Below are positions 30,101 through 42,400 of a stretch of 64,000 nt of DNA, in pieces. The stretch is from Zygnema circumcarinatum SAG 698-1b (Eukaryota > Plantae > Zygnematophyceae), in NCBI GenBank assembly GCA_037447605.1, contig CM074805.1:4931361-4995360 (forward strand), read 5' to 3'. Position numbers and translations under genes: made by a program. Under the pieces are notes generated by a model. The model did not search any database and was not told the origin of the DNA. It saw only the letters and a list, made by a program, of their open reading frames with translations. Position 1 is the stretch's first letter, and every line of letters begins with the position of its first letter.

Positions 30101-31854
30101 TCACTGCTGAGATGTAGTGCAGTTCTCATTCTTTTTATGCGAAGGCACTGTGAGTGCAGGTCGTTCAATGACAACTACCTCACAGGGTCTGTCTCGTTTC
30201 ACATATCAAACTCCTTAGATTGGTCATGCACATTCGCAATCGACATATCGTCAAATTACTTTTCAGGCCCAGTGAATATATTTGTTGACTGGCAACCTTT
30301 TTGCCCAGCAGCAGGTCGAAATTGCTTGTACGACAGCAATGACGGCTGCAGTTTTGAAAACCAAAGAGGTATTCAAGAGTGTGCGGGTTTCTGCAACGCC
30401 ACTCAGCCGAATGGCGCATGCGGCGGCCATGGCACATGCGCGATGATGATGACGGGGGGCCATGCATGGCCCGCATGCGCGTGCCACAACGGATATTCGA
30501 ACGCGGCTCAGAACTGGACTTGTCTCCCCGGTGAGGCTGCTTCCGGCACGCAACCAGTCAGGTCATGTGGGTCTTAAACGACTCTGCAAAGTTCATGTGA
30601 TTGGTACCAATGCATGTGTAGACCGTATGTTGTGCATTTGAAGCGTTGAGCATGCTGGCAGTCGGCGATCTCTCACCTGAGCCGTTACTTGGAGTGAGAG
30701 GTGCTTTGGTCTTAAGCACAACGGTTTGAAATTGAATTGTTTGAGCCTTGATTAGAGTTCCATGTCTTGGAGCCGGTACAAAAACTACATGCCCGCGTCT
30801 TGTTGGTAAGGGCAGGAAGGAGTGCATTTTCTTAAGACTCACGGTGAATGGCTGTCGTCTATTGCAGTACCGAGCCCCCCACCCCCCCCTCCTCGATCGC
30901 CACCACCTCGCCTCCCAGCTCCGTCCAAACGCCTCCCACCTCCCTCCCAACGCCTCCCACCTCCTCGCCAGCACCTCCCACCTCCCTCCCAACGCCTCCC
31001 ACCTCCTCGCCAGCACCTCCCACCTCCCTCCCAACGCCTCCCACCTCCTCGCCAGCACCTCCCACCTCCCTCCCAACGCCTCCCACCTCCTCGCCAGCAC
31101 CTCCCACCTCCCTCCCAACGCCTCCCACCTCCTCGCCAGCACCTCCCACCTCCCTCCCAACGCCTCCCACCTCCTCGCCAGCACCTCCCACCTCCCTCCC
31201 TCCCAACGCCTCCCACCTCCCACCTCCTCGCCAGCACCTCCCACCTCCCTCCCAACGCCTCCCACCTCCTCGCCAGCGCCTCCCACCTCCTCGCCAGCAC
31301 CTCCCACCTCCCTCCCAACGCCTCCCACCTCCTCGCCAGCACCTCCCACCTCCCTCCCAACGCCTCCCACCTCCTCGCCAGCACCTCCCACCTCCCTCCC
31401 AACGCCTCCCACCTCCTCGCCAGCACCTCCCACCTCCCTCCCAACGCCTTCCGCCTCCTCGCCAGCGCCTCCCTCCTCCACATCGAGGCCCTCCATCCTC
31501 CCCCTCGCGATTTCCACCCCCCCGCCCCCGCGCCCGACAGAGTGCGCCTCCGCCCGCGCGGCTTCCGCCTCCTCCCCGCCGCCCCGCTTCACCTCCGCCG
31601 CGCCGCTGACCTTCCCCCGACGGCGGCCCACTGCGCCTTTCGGGCCATTCGGACCTGCTTCAAAGTCAGCAGAAGTCATCGGTTGGTCGAAGGTTGTCTG
31701 CAGTCGCCTTCGTGTGGGGCCTTCAGTCGGAGTGAACTGGTTTGCACAAACATCAACGCTCCACTCGACTAACAATGCTTTTGAGCATCGCTTTGCGAAT
31801 GTTGCATCAGTATTAACGCTGTGCGCATGGCACATTTGTTGTGCCTTTATCTGA
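27106..31854 (+). CDS. Secreted/surface LRR + EGF-like + Pro/Thr/Ser-repeat protein, no kinase; frameshift inside the repeat
   Basis: Signal-peptide exon 27106-27223 (MPSRN...LLLSLLCYFIQFGEALINSAD) splices into RNVLLSLKAAW..W..GSDCS..GIQC (LRR N-cap). About 7 single-LRR exons of 63-81 nt follow, then GACGGHGTC..CACHNGY (EGF-like), the PPTSLPT/PPTSSPA repeat and a hydrophobic tail. Confidence 0.75.
30932..31470 (+). repeat. 42-bp coding VNTR built from two 21-bp subunits, ~12-13 units
   Basis: Unit CCTCCCACCTCCCTCCCAACG-CCTCCCACCTCCTCGCCAGCA encodes PPTSLPT-PPTSSPA. Confidence 0.95.
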
Positions 31855-31911
31855 AGCTCTGTGTTACTTGCGGAATGACCACCCATGCGTGTTTAGGCGG
31901 ATGCTTATTCA

Positions 31912-32193
31912 CACAAGTCGGACGATTGGATCTACTATCGGAAATGGTTGGCAACCACTACCGCTGGTTCAGTTGTTGTCAACCATTGCCAATGATTTGC
32001 AACCATTGGTAAGTGAAGCCAGCCAACCATTCCCAACTGTTGCCGGTCATTGGATGGCGGGCCAAGGAGACAACGGTTAACAACAATCGGCAATGGTTTG
32101 CAACTCCGTTGGTTGGGAGACCCAGCCTATGGTTGGCAACCATTGGCACGCAATCGATGACCAATGGTTGTTGGTCCATCGGTCCGACCTGTG
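31912..32193. mobile_element. Degenerate hAT-like MITE, same family as 57438-58158
   Basis: Termini CACAAGTCGGACGA / CGGTCCGACCTGTG; flanks CTTATTCA vs CTACTTCA (6/8 match); internal TGGTTGGCAACCA motifs. Confidence 0.6.
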
Positions 32194-32804
32194 CTACTTC
32201 ACGCCGCTGACGATGCCTGGCCAGCCCTCCGGTTGATTGGATTCCTCAGTCGTTTCCTGATCAGCCAAATGTGGTCTAGTGGCGGGTCTGTTCGCGATAT
32301 AATATGCTGACAAAAGAGAAGGTCGTCAGTAATTATCTCCCAATGTGACATTTATGCAAAAGGCATTAGAGAAAGGGGTCTGGTGTATGGCATTGTTTCG
32401 TTTTTGCTAACCAGCAATGCCCTTCTAGCTGACCGATACAAGTGCTTACTTTCAGCCAAGCTTTGGTGTGAAATATGTACAATGTCAGCTTGCTCAGCTT
32501 TTCAACTTTGTCTACATTGTAGTCCGATTCTCTGACCAGAAACTGTTGTGCGCATCAGCAAATGGCTGATATGTCAGAGTATAGCCGGTTGTTGATTCGC
32601 CAAAGTATTGACGACAACTGCTTGAAGGGCAGATCTAGACACAATGCAATCACCAAGAAATCTTTCAACCTGCAAGCCCTAAAAATCTTGCACCTTGCGG
32701 AACAATCCGTGCTCCATTGTCCGCTTACAAACCTGCCCCCAAATTCTTGAAGCAGTCAACCTTCCGAAATCTGGCCTAAGGCGGCCTTGGTTTTTACACA
32801 CGCC

Positions 32805-34970
32805 TCATGTCCTCCTTCCAAACCTCCTCTCCCTTCGCTGAAATGAAGCCATGGCTGCCATATATTCCGCCTCCCCAAAGTCCGGCCAGCACACGGGGCT
32901 GAAGTAGAGCTCTGAATACGCAGTCTGCCAGAGCAGGAAATTGCTGAGCCTCTGTTCTCCGCTCGTCCGAATGAGAAGGTCGGGTTGGGAGAGCTCTCCC
33001 ATCCAGCTCGTTCCCAACTCCTTCTCTATGGCTGCTTCGGTGATATCAGAAGGTTGCATGGTTCCCATCTTTACCTTCTCTGCTAGCTGCTGGCAGGCTC
33101 TCGTCACGTCTCGTCTGCCACTATAACTCACCGCAATATTCAGCATAAGTCCTGAATTTCCAGCACTTACTTTGTGAGCTTCGGAAATCAGGGTTTGCAG
33201 TGAGTCGGGTAGCATATCGATGTCTCCTATAAACCGGACACAAATGTTTTCCCTGCACCCAGCAAAAACGCACGCTTTTTGCAACTACAATATGGAATAA
33301 CACCACCACCACCTTGCACAATACAATGATAGATTTATGACACAACAGAAGGAAGCAGATAGTGAAAGCTCCATTCAAAAACGCATCGCGGTAAGGGAAA
33401 GTAGGTAGATTGTGACAAGTGCCTTTTTCACCTATGCAAAGATGACAACTCTTGTTGAACTGCTCGCTCAAATAGACCCATCAAGAAAGAGACCTCCGTC
33501 TGCGATTCCACCCATCCGTATTCATCGATCAGTACTATCGATATTCTGTCTGGAAACCTTGAGACTGACGGGAAGTCACGTTTATCGTTGGATAGTCAGA
33601 CGTGGAAGGCAACGCAGCGAGAGAAAGCCCACAAATTACATTAGCCATACTTCAACCCATTCCACTTTATGTTCAGCTAATTACATTGCATGTCCTAGTC
33701 ATCATTTGTGATCAAGACCGACAAAAGGTTGCAAGAACTTCCATGCAATGGACGTTTCCTTCAAAAACCAGATTTTAGGAAAAAGTCAAAATAGCATTCG
33801 AAACAGCTGACAGCCGACAACGACAATCGAGCTCCGAAAGACCTCGAGCTTCGAAAAAAAAGAAGGGACAAGCACCTGCGAACGAAGCCAGTTTTCTGTC
33901 GAGAATGCAAAGACAGTGAGGGCCTTCAGACCCCATGTTGCCGAAAGCCGCACAATCTTCTGCAGGACTTGCAGTCCTACTTCGTGTCCTGCATTTCCTG
34001 GCAGTCCTTTTCTTTTCGCCCACCTCGAGTTTCCGTCCATAATTATTGCCACGTGGCGCGGCATGTTTCGTGGATTCAGATCCAAAAAATGCTCTTCTCG
34101 CAACATTTGCCCATCGCCTGATTCTGTCGAAACTCTTTCGAGCAGATTCGCAGCGGGAACATGTTTATCTTCCGTTGAGTCGCATAAAGGGGGATGTAAA
34201 GGCGATGAGCTACGAGACGCGTGAATGTGCAAGGAGGGGCTTGGGTTTACGGGGGACCGGAAAGGGCCATCGTCAGGGTGTGAGGAATTCGGGTTCGAAA
34301 AGCCAATGTTTGAGTAAGCAGAGTTTGGAAAACTGGGGTAAGTAAAACTAGGATTACAACTTGCAGGATTTGAAACTGCGGGAATCGACGCGGTAGAGTT
34401 GGAAACGTCAAGGGTAGAGTTAAGAAAATTAGGGTTAGACATGTTAGGGCTCAAAAGCTGCGGGTCTGAGTGGTTAGGGTGACTAAAAGCTGGCTTTGAG
34501 AAGCCCAAGCCTTCTGCATAGTGCCACGTGTCGCCCGCAGGGGTGTCCACGTGGACATGACTCCCAACCCCATTAGAGAAGCTCGCCACTCCGCTCTCCA
34601 AACTGTCACAAACGGCGCCGCAATTCGCCCCTCGTTCGTCTCCTCTATACGGGGCTCTGCTCTCCACTTTCTCCTCCGACAGGGACGCCGCTGTGGCAGA
34701 TGCGATGCCCCCCTTCGCCTGCCTCCGCCCATGGATCGAGCTTCTTCCTTCAGCAGCAGCAGGTGCGGAGAAGAGAGACGGAGTAACGGCGTGCTCTGCG
34801 ATGGCACTATCAAGCTCATATCCCTTCAGCCGCAGTAGGTGAGACGCGTTAGCTCCATAGCCTCCTCCTCCTCCTGCTCCTTTCCCTGAAATAGTACGAC
34901 CTTCCTTCCTCCGCGTGTGGTGGCCGTGGCGCGACTGCAGAGGCAGGCACTGCAGGGCCGCGGCCGCCAT
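32805..34970 (-). CDS. CPT: cis-prenyltransferase (polyprenyl/dehydrodolichyl-PP synthase), probable plastid clade; exons 33876-34970, 33432-33499, 32805-33252
   Basis: MPRHVAIIMDGNSRWAK, TVFAFSTENW, TEVSFLMGLF, IAVSYSGR, PDLLIRTSGEQRLSNFLLWQTAYSELYF and RERRFG. Confidence 0.93.
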
Positions 34971-35104
34971 GGCTGGGCCTGCAGGAGGAGGTGGAGTGAG
35001 GGGATGGCTCCGCCAACCATTGAGAGGGAGCGAAGGGATTCAAAGGGACACGTGGCGCCACCACCAGCCACTGTATTGTACGGACGAAACACGTACTTTT
35101 ACTA

Positions 35105-36065
35105 GGAAAATTCTATTCTCACACCTTTTTTGTCTACACAGAGACCTTTTTTCGCCGGGCAGGTTCTATTTTGGAAAAGAAGGATTAAAAACAAAAAAAT
35201 GCTTTTTTACACCTTTCTGGAATCGATACAAACCTTTTTCCGCGGGCAGATTTTACCCCTGATTTTCTTTTTTGGAGAGAAAAAAATATCGGCTTGCCCG
35301 AATCCGCTAGGAGCGAAAGATCCGTCCGCCAAGAGATCGTTCGTGCGTGTGTGTCCTTCACGCGTGCAGTGAATCTCCGCCGTCGACTAACTCGCAGATC
35401 GCACCACGGCAGATCACCGTTCGATCTGCAGTTCGGGCTCGGTCCCAGCGAATGGCACGAGCCCACGTGTCCCGCCAAATCTGTCTCAAAGTGGATTCTT
35501 ACAAAATCTGTACGGTCACAGTTTCGAGGAAAGGCGAAATACCGTACATTGACTGTCTGGACCAATAAAAATTAGCTATGTCATAAATATAACACGTGGC
35601 AGGTGGTGATTGGTTTCCAGTCTTGGCGGTCCAGCTCGTAATTGTGCGGAGATCTCGGGCCGAGGGACGCGCGCTATAGCACGTGTCAAAAGGCTTTGGC
35701 GGGACACGTGGGCACGTATTCGCTGGGACCGAGCCCGACTGCAGATCGAGCGGTGATCTGCCGTGGTGCGATCTGCAAGCTAGTCGACGGCGGAGATTCA
35801 CCGCACGTGTAAAGGACGCACACCCGCGAACGATCGCATGGCGGAAGGAGCTTCCGCTCCGAGCGGATTCGGGCAAGCCGATATTTTTTCTTTCCAAAAA
35901 AAAAATCAGGGTTATAATCTGCCCGAAGGAAAAAGGTTTGTATTGGTTCCAGAAAGGTGTGAAAAAAGCATTTTTCGAATTTAAACCTTTTTTTTTCTAA
36001 AACTGAAGCTGCCGTCGAAAAAAGGTCTGTGTGTAGACAAAAAAGGTGTGAGAATAGAATTTCCC
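35105..36065. mobile_element. Mutator-like foldback MITE A (~370-bp diverged TIRs, 9-bp TSD)
   Basis: Arms ~35105-35482 and ~35695-36065 (GGAAAATTCTATTCTCAC / GTGAGAATAGAATTTCCC); CTTTTACTA at 35096-35104 and 36066-36074. Confidence 0.85.
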
Positions 36066-36192
36066 CTTTTACTACGGTCATTTCGTACTGTACAATATTT
36101 TGTTGTACAGTACAGTATTCATTGTACAAAAATCGGCACCATATCGATACCGTATTGGTACCGTATCGTTACCTCGGGTAGGGCTAAGTGGG

Positions 36193-39040
36193 GGGTAACT
36201 CTACTGCACCCCCGCGATTTGTCTTTCGCACCCCCGTTTTGAAATTTTTTCCTGCCCGTTTTGGTTACCCCCCAGTTTTGAATATTTCGGGAAAAAATCT
36301 TTTTCCCGCCCCTTTCGTCCCGTTCGCTGCCCCTGTTGCGAAACGCTAAAAAAATAAATGTAAATTTTTTTTTACTTGTACGCGGTTGCCTTTTAACGGT
36401 AAAGTTTATGGGTGGGTTCCGGGAGGTGTTGAGTTCGGTTCTTTTCATTCCCCCTCCCTTCATTATTTTTTGGACATTCCATCCCCTCGTTTTCTCCTTT
36501 TCACTATTGACTTCCAACAATGTGCGACAAAAGAAAAAGGGATTTGCATTGGTCTCAAGATGGTGAGGCCATCAAATAAACATGGACAAAGTCAACATGG
36601 GAACCACAAGAAATTAGTCGCAAATGAAACAAGCACAAAATAAAAAAACTAGGAACAAAAAACTAAACTAAACTAAGCTTAAGTACAAAAACGCAACCTT
36701 AAACGCAACTGCAAAGGTCACCAATGTTGGGCAACTGTTACTCTCTGTTTTCAGGTTACCCTTAATTAAGGCAAGATCTTAAATTGTGGCCTGCTTGCTT
36801 GCAATTGCAAAACATTTTTTCCCTTCAACGTACTCGAAATAGCTCTTGTCCCGGCTGATTGCCAAACTGCGCGCGCCAGAAGGTCGACCTCGTTCCTTCA
36901 TAACCGGGTGAGGGTTTTGCAACTGCAATGGTTCGAGGGGGGGCAGCGGAGGGGACGAAAGGGGCGGGAAAAAGATTTTTTCCCGAAATATTCAAAACTG
37001 GGGGGTAACCAAAACGGGCAGGAAAAAATTTCAAAACGGGGGTGCGAAAGACAAATCGCGGGGGTGCAGTAGAGTTACCCCCCACTTAGCCCTACCCGAG
37101 GTAACGATACGGTACCAATACGGTATCGATATGGTGCCGATTTTTGTACAATGAATACTGTACTGTACAACAAAATATTGTACAGTACGAAATGACCGTA
37201 GTAAAAGGGGAAATTCTATTCTCACACCTTTTTTGTCTACACACAGACCTTTTTTCGACGGCAGCTTCAGTTTTAGAAAAAAAAAGGTTTAAATTCGAAA
37301 AATGCTTTTTTCACACCTTTCTGGAACCAATACAAACCTTTTTCCTTCGGGCNNNNNNNNNNGCCCGAAGGAAAAAGGTTTGTATTGGTTCCAGAAAGGT
37401 GTGAAAAAAGCATTTTTCGAATTTAAACCTTTTTTTTTCTAAAACTGAAGCTGCCGTCGAAAAAAGGTCTGTGTGTAGACAAAAAAGGTGTGAGAATAGA
37501 ATTTCCCCTTTTACTACGGTCATTTCGTACTGTACAATATTTTGTTGTACAGTACAGTATTCATTGTACAAAAATCGGCACCATATCGATACCGTATTGG
37601 TACCGTATCGTTACCTCGGGTAGGGCTAAGTGGGGGGTAACTCTACTGCACCCCCGCGATTTGTCTTTCGCACCCCCGTTTTGAAATTTTTTCCTGCCCG
37701 TTTTGGTTACCCCCCAGTTTTGAATATTTCGGGAAAAAATCTTTTTCCCGCCCCTTTCGTCCCCTCCGCTGCCCCCCCTCGAACCATTGCAGTTGCAAAA
37801 CCCTCACCCGGTTATGAAGGAACGAGGTCGACCTTCTGGCGCGCGCAGTTTGGCAATCAGCCGGGACAAGAGCTATTTCGAGTACGTTGAAGGGAAAAAA
37901 TGTTTGCAATTGCAAGCAAGCAGGCCACAATTTAAGATCTTGCCTTAATTAAGGGTAACCTGAAAACAGAGAGTAACAGTTGCCCAACATTGGTGACCTT
38001 TGCAGTTGCGTTTAAGGTTGCGTTTTTGTACTTAAGCTTAGTTTAGTTTAGTTTTTTGTTCCTAGTTTTTTTATTTTGTGCTTGTTTCATTTGCGACTAA
38101 TTTCTTGTGGTTCCCATGTTGACTTTGTCCATGTTTATTTGATGGCCTCACCATCTTGAGACCAATGCAAATCCCTTTTTCTTTTGTCGCACATTGTTGG
38201 AAGTCAATAGTGAAAAGGAGAAAACGAGGGGATGGAATGTCCAAAAAATAATGAAGGGAGGGGGAATGAAAAGAACCGAACTCAACACCTCCCGGAACCC
38301 ACCCATAAACTTTACCGTTAAAAGNNNNNNNNNNACTTGTACGCGGTTGCCTTTTAACGGTAAAGTTTATGGGTGGGTTCCGGGAGGTGTTGAGTTCGGT
38401 TCTTTTCATTCCCCCTCCCTTCATTATTTTTTGGACATTCCATCCCCTCGTTTTCTCCTTTTCACTATTGACTTCCAACAATGTGCGACAAAAGAAAAAG
38501 GGATTTGCATTGGTCTCAAGATGGTGAGGCCATCAAATAAACATGGACAAAGTCAACATGGGAACCACAAGAAATTAGTCGCAAATGAAACAAGCACAAA
38601 ATAAAAAAACTAGGAACAAAAAACTAAACTAAACTAAGCTTAAGTACAAAAACGCAACCTTAAACGCAACTGCAAAGGTCACCAATGTTGGGCAACTGTT
38701 ACTCTCTGTTTTCAGGTTACCCTTAATTAAGGCAAGATCTTAAATTGTGGCCTGCTTGCTTGCAATTGCAAACATTTTTTCCCTTCAACGTACTCGAAAT
38801 AGCTCTTGTCCCGGCTGATTGCCAAACTGCGCGCGCCAGAAGGTCGACCTCGTTCCTTCATAACCGGGTGAGGGTTTTGCAACTGCAATGGTTCGAGGGG
38901 GGGCAGCGGAGGGGACGAAAGGGGCGGGAAAAAGATTTTTTCCCGAAATATTCAAAACTGGGGGGTAACCAAAACGGGCAGGCAAAATTTTCAAAACGGG
39001 GGTGCGAAAGTCAAAACGCGGGGGTGCAGTAGAGTTACCC
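36193..39040. mobile_element. Mutator-like MITE B (~140-bp TIRs, 9-bp TSD); ~890 bp once the gap-associated duplications are collapsed
   Basis: Ends GGGTAACTCTACTGCACCCCC / GGGGGTGCAGTAGAGTTACCC; CTAAGTGGG at 36184-36192 and 39041-39049. Confidence 0.85.
36390..38324. repeat. Near-perfect ~960-bp inverted duplication centred on N gap 37353-37362, probably an assembly artefact
   Basis: The arms mirror exactly around one 10-N gap and end at the second gap, 38325-38334. Confidence 0.8.
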
Positions 39041-39487
39041 CTAAGTGGGAGGGAGCAGGGGGGGGGGCAGGGGAGAGATCGCTTTTGCAGAGTGAAGAAA
39101 GCGCAGGGAATGGCGCCGCTGCAACAGTTCACCACTGCACCTTGTCCTCCAGAACGGAAAATTTCTTCCTTCAGAAGAACTTTGTGACCTTTTTCAATAA
39201 GAATTCGGTGTTACATAATTATCATTACAGGTCGGGTCCTTTACTGTACCGCCTTCGTTGGTCATTTTGCCATGAAGAGGCATCTATGTTTTGCCCGTTA
39301 CGTTCACACACGCCTCGAGTGTGAGTGCGGGGAACAACGCAGGAGAGAAACTCCCTTTCGGGGAGCTGTGACACGGCTTTAGCGGGGCCTTAGTCCAGAA
39401 ATAATGTGTAGCGCCAGAAATGACACAGAGTTTTAAGATGATCGAAATTTCATTATGCAAAGAACATTATACAGTACTGTATCATAG

Positions 39488-42400
39488 CTAGCGGGTAAGG
39501 GAGACAAGGAAAGACCTATCCGTACACTTGAGCTGCCCAATAGCAGCCCTCCCCAAAACGTTCCTCATACGCAGGCTCTGCCTCGCCGCCTCCGGGAAGT
39601 CACAGCCAGGTGCAGTTTCTCCTAAGGTTTCTCTGCGCTCTTTGGAATCGTTATTGTACCAGGAAGGAGAAGAAGAAGAAGAAGTGGTTGGAAGCATGTT
39701 GAAAGACTCAGTCGATGGTTCCGTAAGAAAGCTGCTCCCATAACATGCAATTGAAAATTCACGAACAAAAATAATCAGAGTTTTGGGAAAGCAGGCCATT
39801 CAAAGAAAAGAAGAGAGGGCGTTAGCCGAAGTGGAGAGGAGGCGGAGAGGGAAACGCCCTAAAGCAGACTTCAAAAGGGAGAGATACAGCTAGAAGTGAG
39901 CGCGAGTTGGATGGAAAGTGAAAGAGGATGAGAAGAAAGAGAGGCAGGGAGGGAGGGAGGGAGGGAGGAGAAGTGACGGGGGGGGGGAAGGGAGAGAGAG
40001 GTGTGTGATAAGAACAGACGAAACGTACCTCCCAGAGAAGTCCCTTGTGTGATGGCGCTGCAGGACCGAGCAGAGTCGCCATATGAGCCATGGCGGCAGC
40101 AGCGCCCCTTTGAGCTCCAAGCTATAGCTGACAGCGAAGGGGGAGCTGCGAGGCTCTCCCCCTTCTCCTCGGCTGCGAGGAACACTCTCAGCCCTCTGCA
40201 TGCGCCGGAAGGCGACCTGAGGAGGGAGGGAGGAGGTGGGAAGAAAAAGGGGGCGGAGAAGGAGGGAGAAACAGAGAAGATAGCAGGAAGAGGAGGAGAG
40301 GGGCACGGAGAAGCGAAGTGAGAAAGGGAGAACAAGAGGAGGATAGAGACGAGAAAAGAGAAGCTGATCATTGCCTGCACAAAACTAAGCTTAGCAGCAA
40401 CAAAATGCAAGAACTTGACAATGAAGACTAGCTGAGCATCAGACTTGAGAATGTGGATGCAAAAAACTGGAATTTTTGAAGACGGGAAAAACGAACACTG
40501 GAGAGAAGTGTGACTTCACCTCTGGAGTTTGAAGGCACGCATTTCGGAACGGAGCGGGAGAATAAAGAAGCGGTTCGTCACAGCCCACTGTGGGCCCCAT
40601 TAAATACCTAAAAAGCCAATATCATTTTTTTCTTATCTACAGGCATTGTAGATATCATTCCACTTGAATGTCTTTGTGACAACGGCTCAAAATACATGCA
40701 CGATGTAAGCGAGCGCATAGACAGAATGCATTTTGAACAAAATCCTTCCAGTAAGGCTCACCTAAAGTTGAGGATGACATTATACAGACCATGCACAGAA
40801 GTCTTGCCCTCCATGAAAAGCAGCGAATCCGGACTATTGTCGGCCGCAGCCGTAGAATCGGCATAACTTGCCTGCAAAAAACAACACACACCTTAAGTGT
40901 CAAACTCACAAAGAAAACGAAATTCGCTGTCATTTTATGCTGCAAGTGTGTGAAAGAGGAATAACTATAATCATTGAATTTAAAATATCATAGGGGGAGT
41001 ACATCATCTCTTACTTGACCAGGATGCGCTTTTTCAAACTCTTTCAGTTCACGGATGTCGTCCGTGTTAGGAGTCACAAATTTGTCAGCACAGAATGGCA
41101 TGGAAAAGGTTACGTCCTGCACACACGCATCGGGCGCATCGGAGCATCGTAACATGTAAATTCAAAAGTATTCACAAAATGCCATTTACTCTGAAATGTG
41201 CGAGTTGCATGACTTATTTCGATTCCTTTGTATTCGTAAGTAAATGCAAAGGCCCTCCTCTGAAAGGGCGGAGACCCGGGTTGAGATGCTGAGCAGCTCT
41301 CTCACCTGCTCTGCAAGCACCACTCGGAGGCCTCGAGTTGAGCGGGAGAGAGAGGCGGATATGGCTCCCTCCATCCCTCCTCTTCGAAACATAGCAACCG
41401 AGTTTTGGCCGCATACTATCATCCAAAAACGAAGCCAATAACATATGAATAAATGTGGAAAATATGAAAGGAAGAACGTGGGAACATAAAAATAAAGTAA
41501 GCATTCAGGTCACTTTATCGTCCCGACTAACTGCTCTCCTACGGAGCTGGGCCAGAATCTAAATTTAACTCGCAACTCAAAAGTGAGTAAGATACATGTT
41601 CAGATTAGTGAGGTTTGATCGCGTGGCTTCAGTGTGGGAGAGGAGTTGAGAGGGCATATGCTCACCGTAGAAGGCCTGGCACTGCCCTTGTCGAAACATC
41701 CAGTAAAGAGACTGGAACGACTCCACCCATGCTCCACTCCGCCTCGACAAAAACTCTTTATCTGGACACGAAGCAGTCGCTATAAAATAAGGCATGTGCA
41801 GAAGGAACGGAATACGGGTGATATTGAGAACTAAAGATAGGCAGAAGGAAAGCCCTTGCCTATTTGCAAGAATCTTGTGTGCTGTACCATTTCCAATCTA
41901 GAATATTGAATATAGTAGAGAAACTCCATTTCCCAGGAGTTATGTCCCCTATTTACTGCGGCGATTTCAAGTTGGCTTTCCACTACATTGCTCACCTGCT
42001 TCCATCTCCTCCATTTTCAATCAGTTATACAAAAGTATTGCAATCAAACTCTTCAACACAGTCTATGTTTGCTAGGGTAACGTTGGCTTAGATTACCAGT
42101 TTGACTCCCTCTGCCAGCGGCTGACGTCAGCGCCAGTAAAGTAGATGAAGGTAAACTCGCCCCCGGATGCACCCACGAGAGTAATGATTTCCTAAATTCA
42201 CAGCTTCCACTGCGAATTTCTGTATTCTGAGAGCTACACTGTGAAAGTGGGAGAGTCTGTGGTAGGCTCCCATTGCAGTCTTCAATGGTATCTTCCGCAC
42301 GAACAAACATTTGCAAGCCTGAGCAGTCCTCCAGGGGGGACACATTTTGACACCTGACAAACGAAACCCTTAACAACCAGTTCAGAACCAAGCATCTCTT

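Noticed and set aside
30558-31886. 442-aa minus-strand Gly/Glu ORF
   Set aside because: Antisense of the coding VNTR; the + strand has the splice acceptor and coherent architecture.
35185-39135. Repeated short ORFs in the inverted-repeat region
   Set aside because: They arise from non-coding MITE sequence duplicated around gaps; no transposase motifs.
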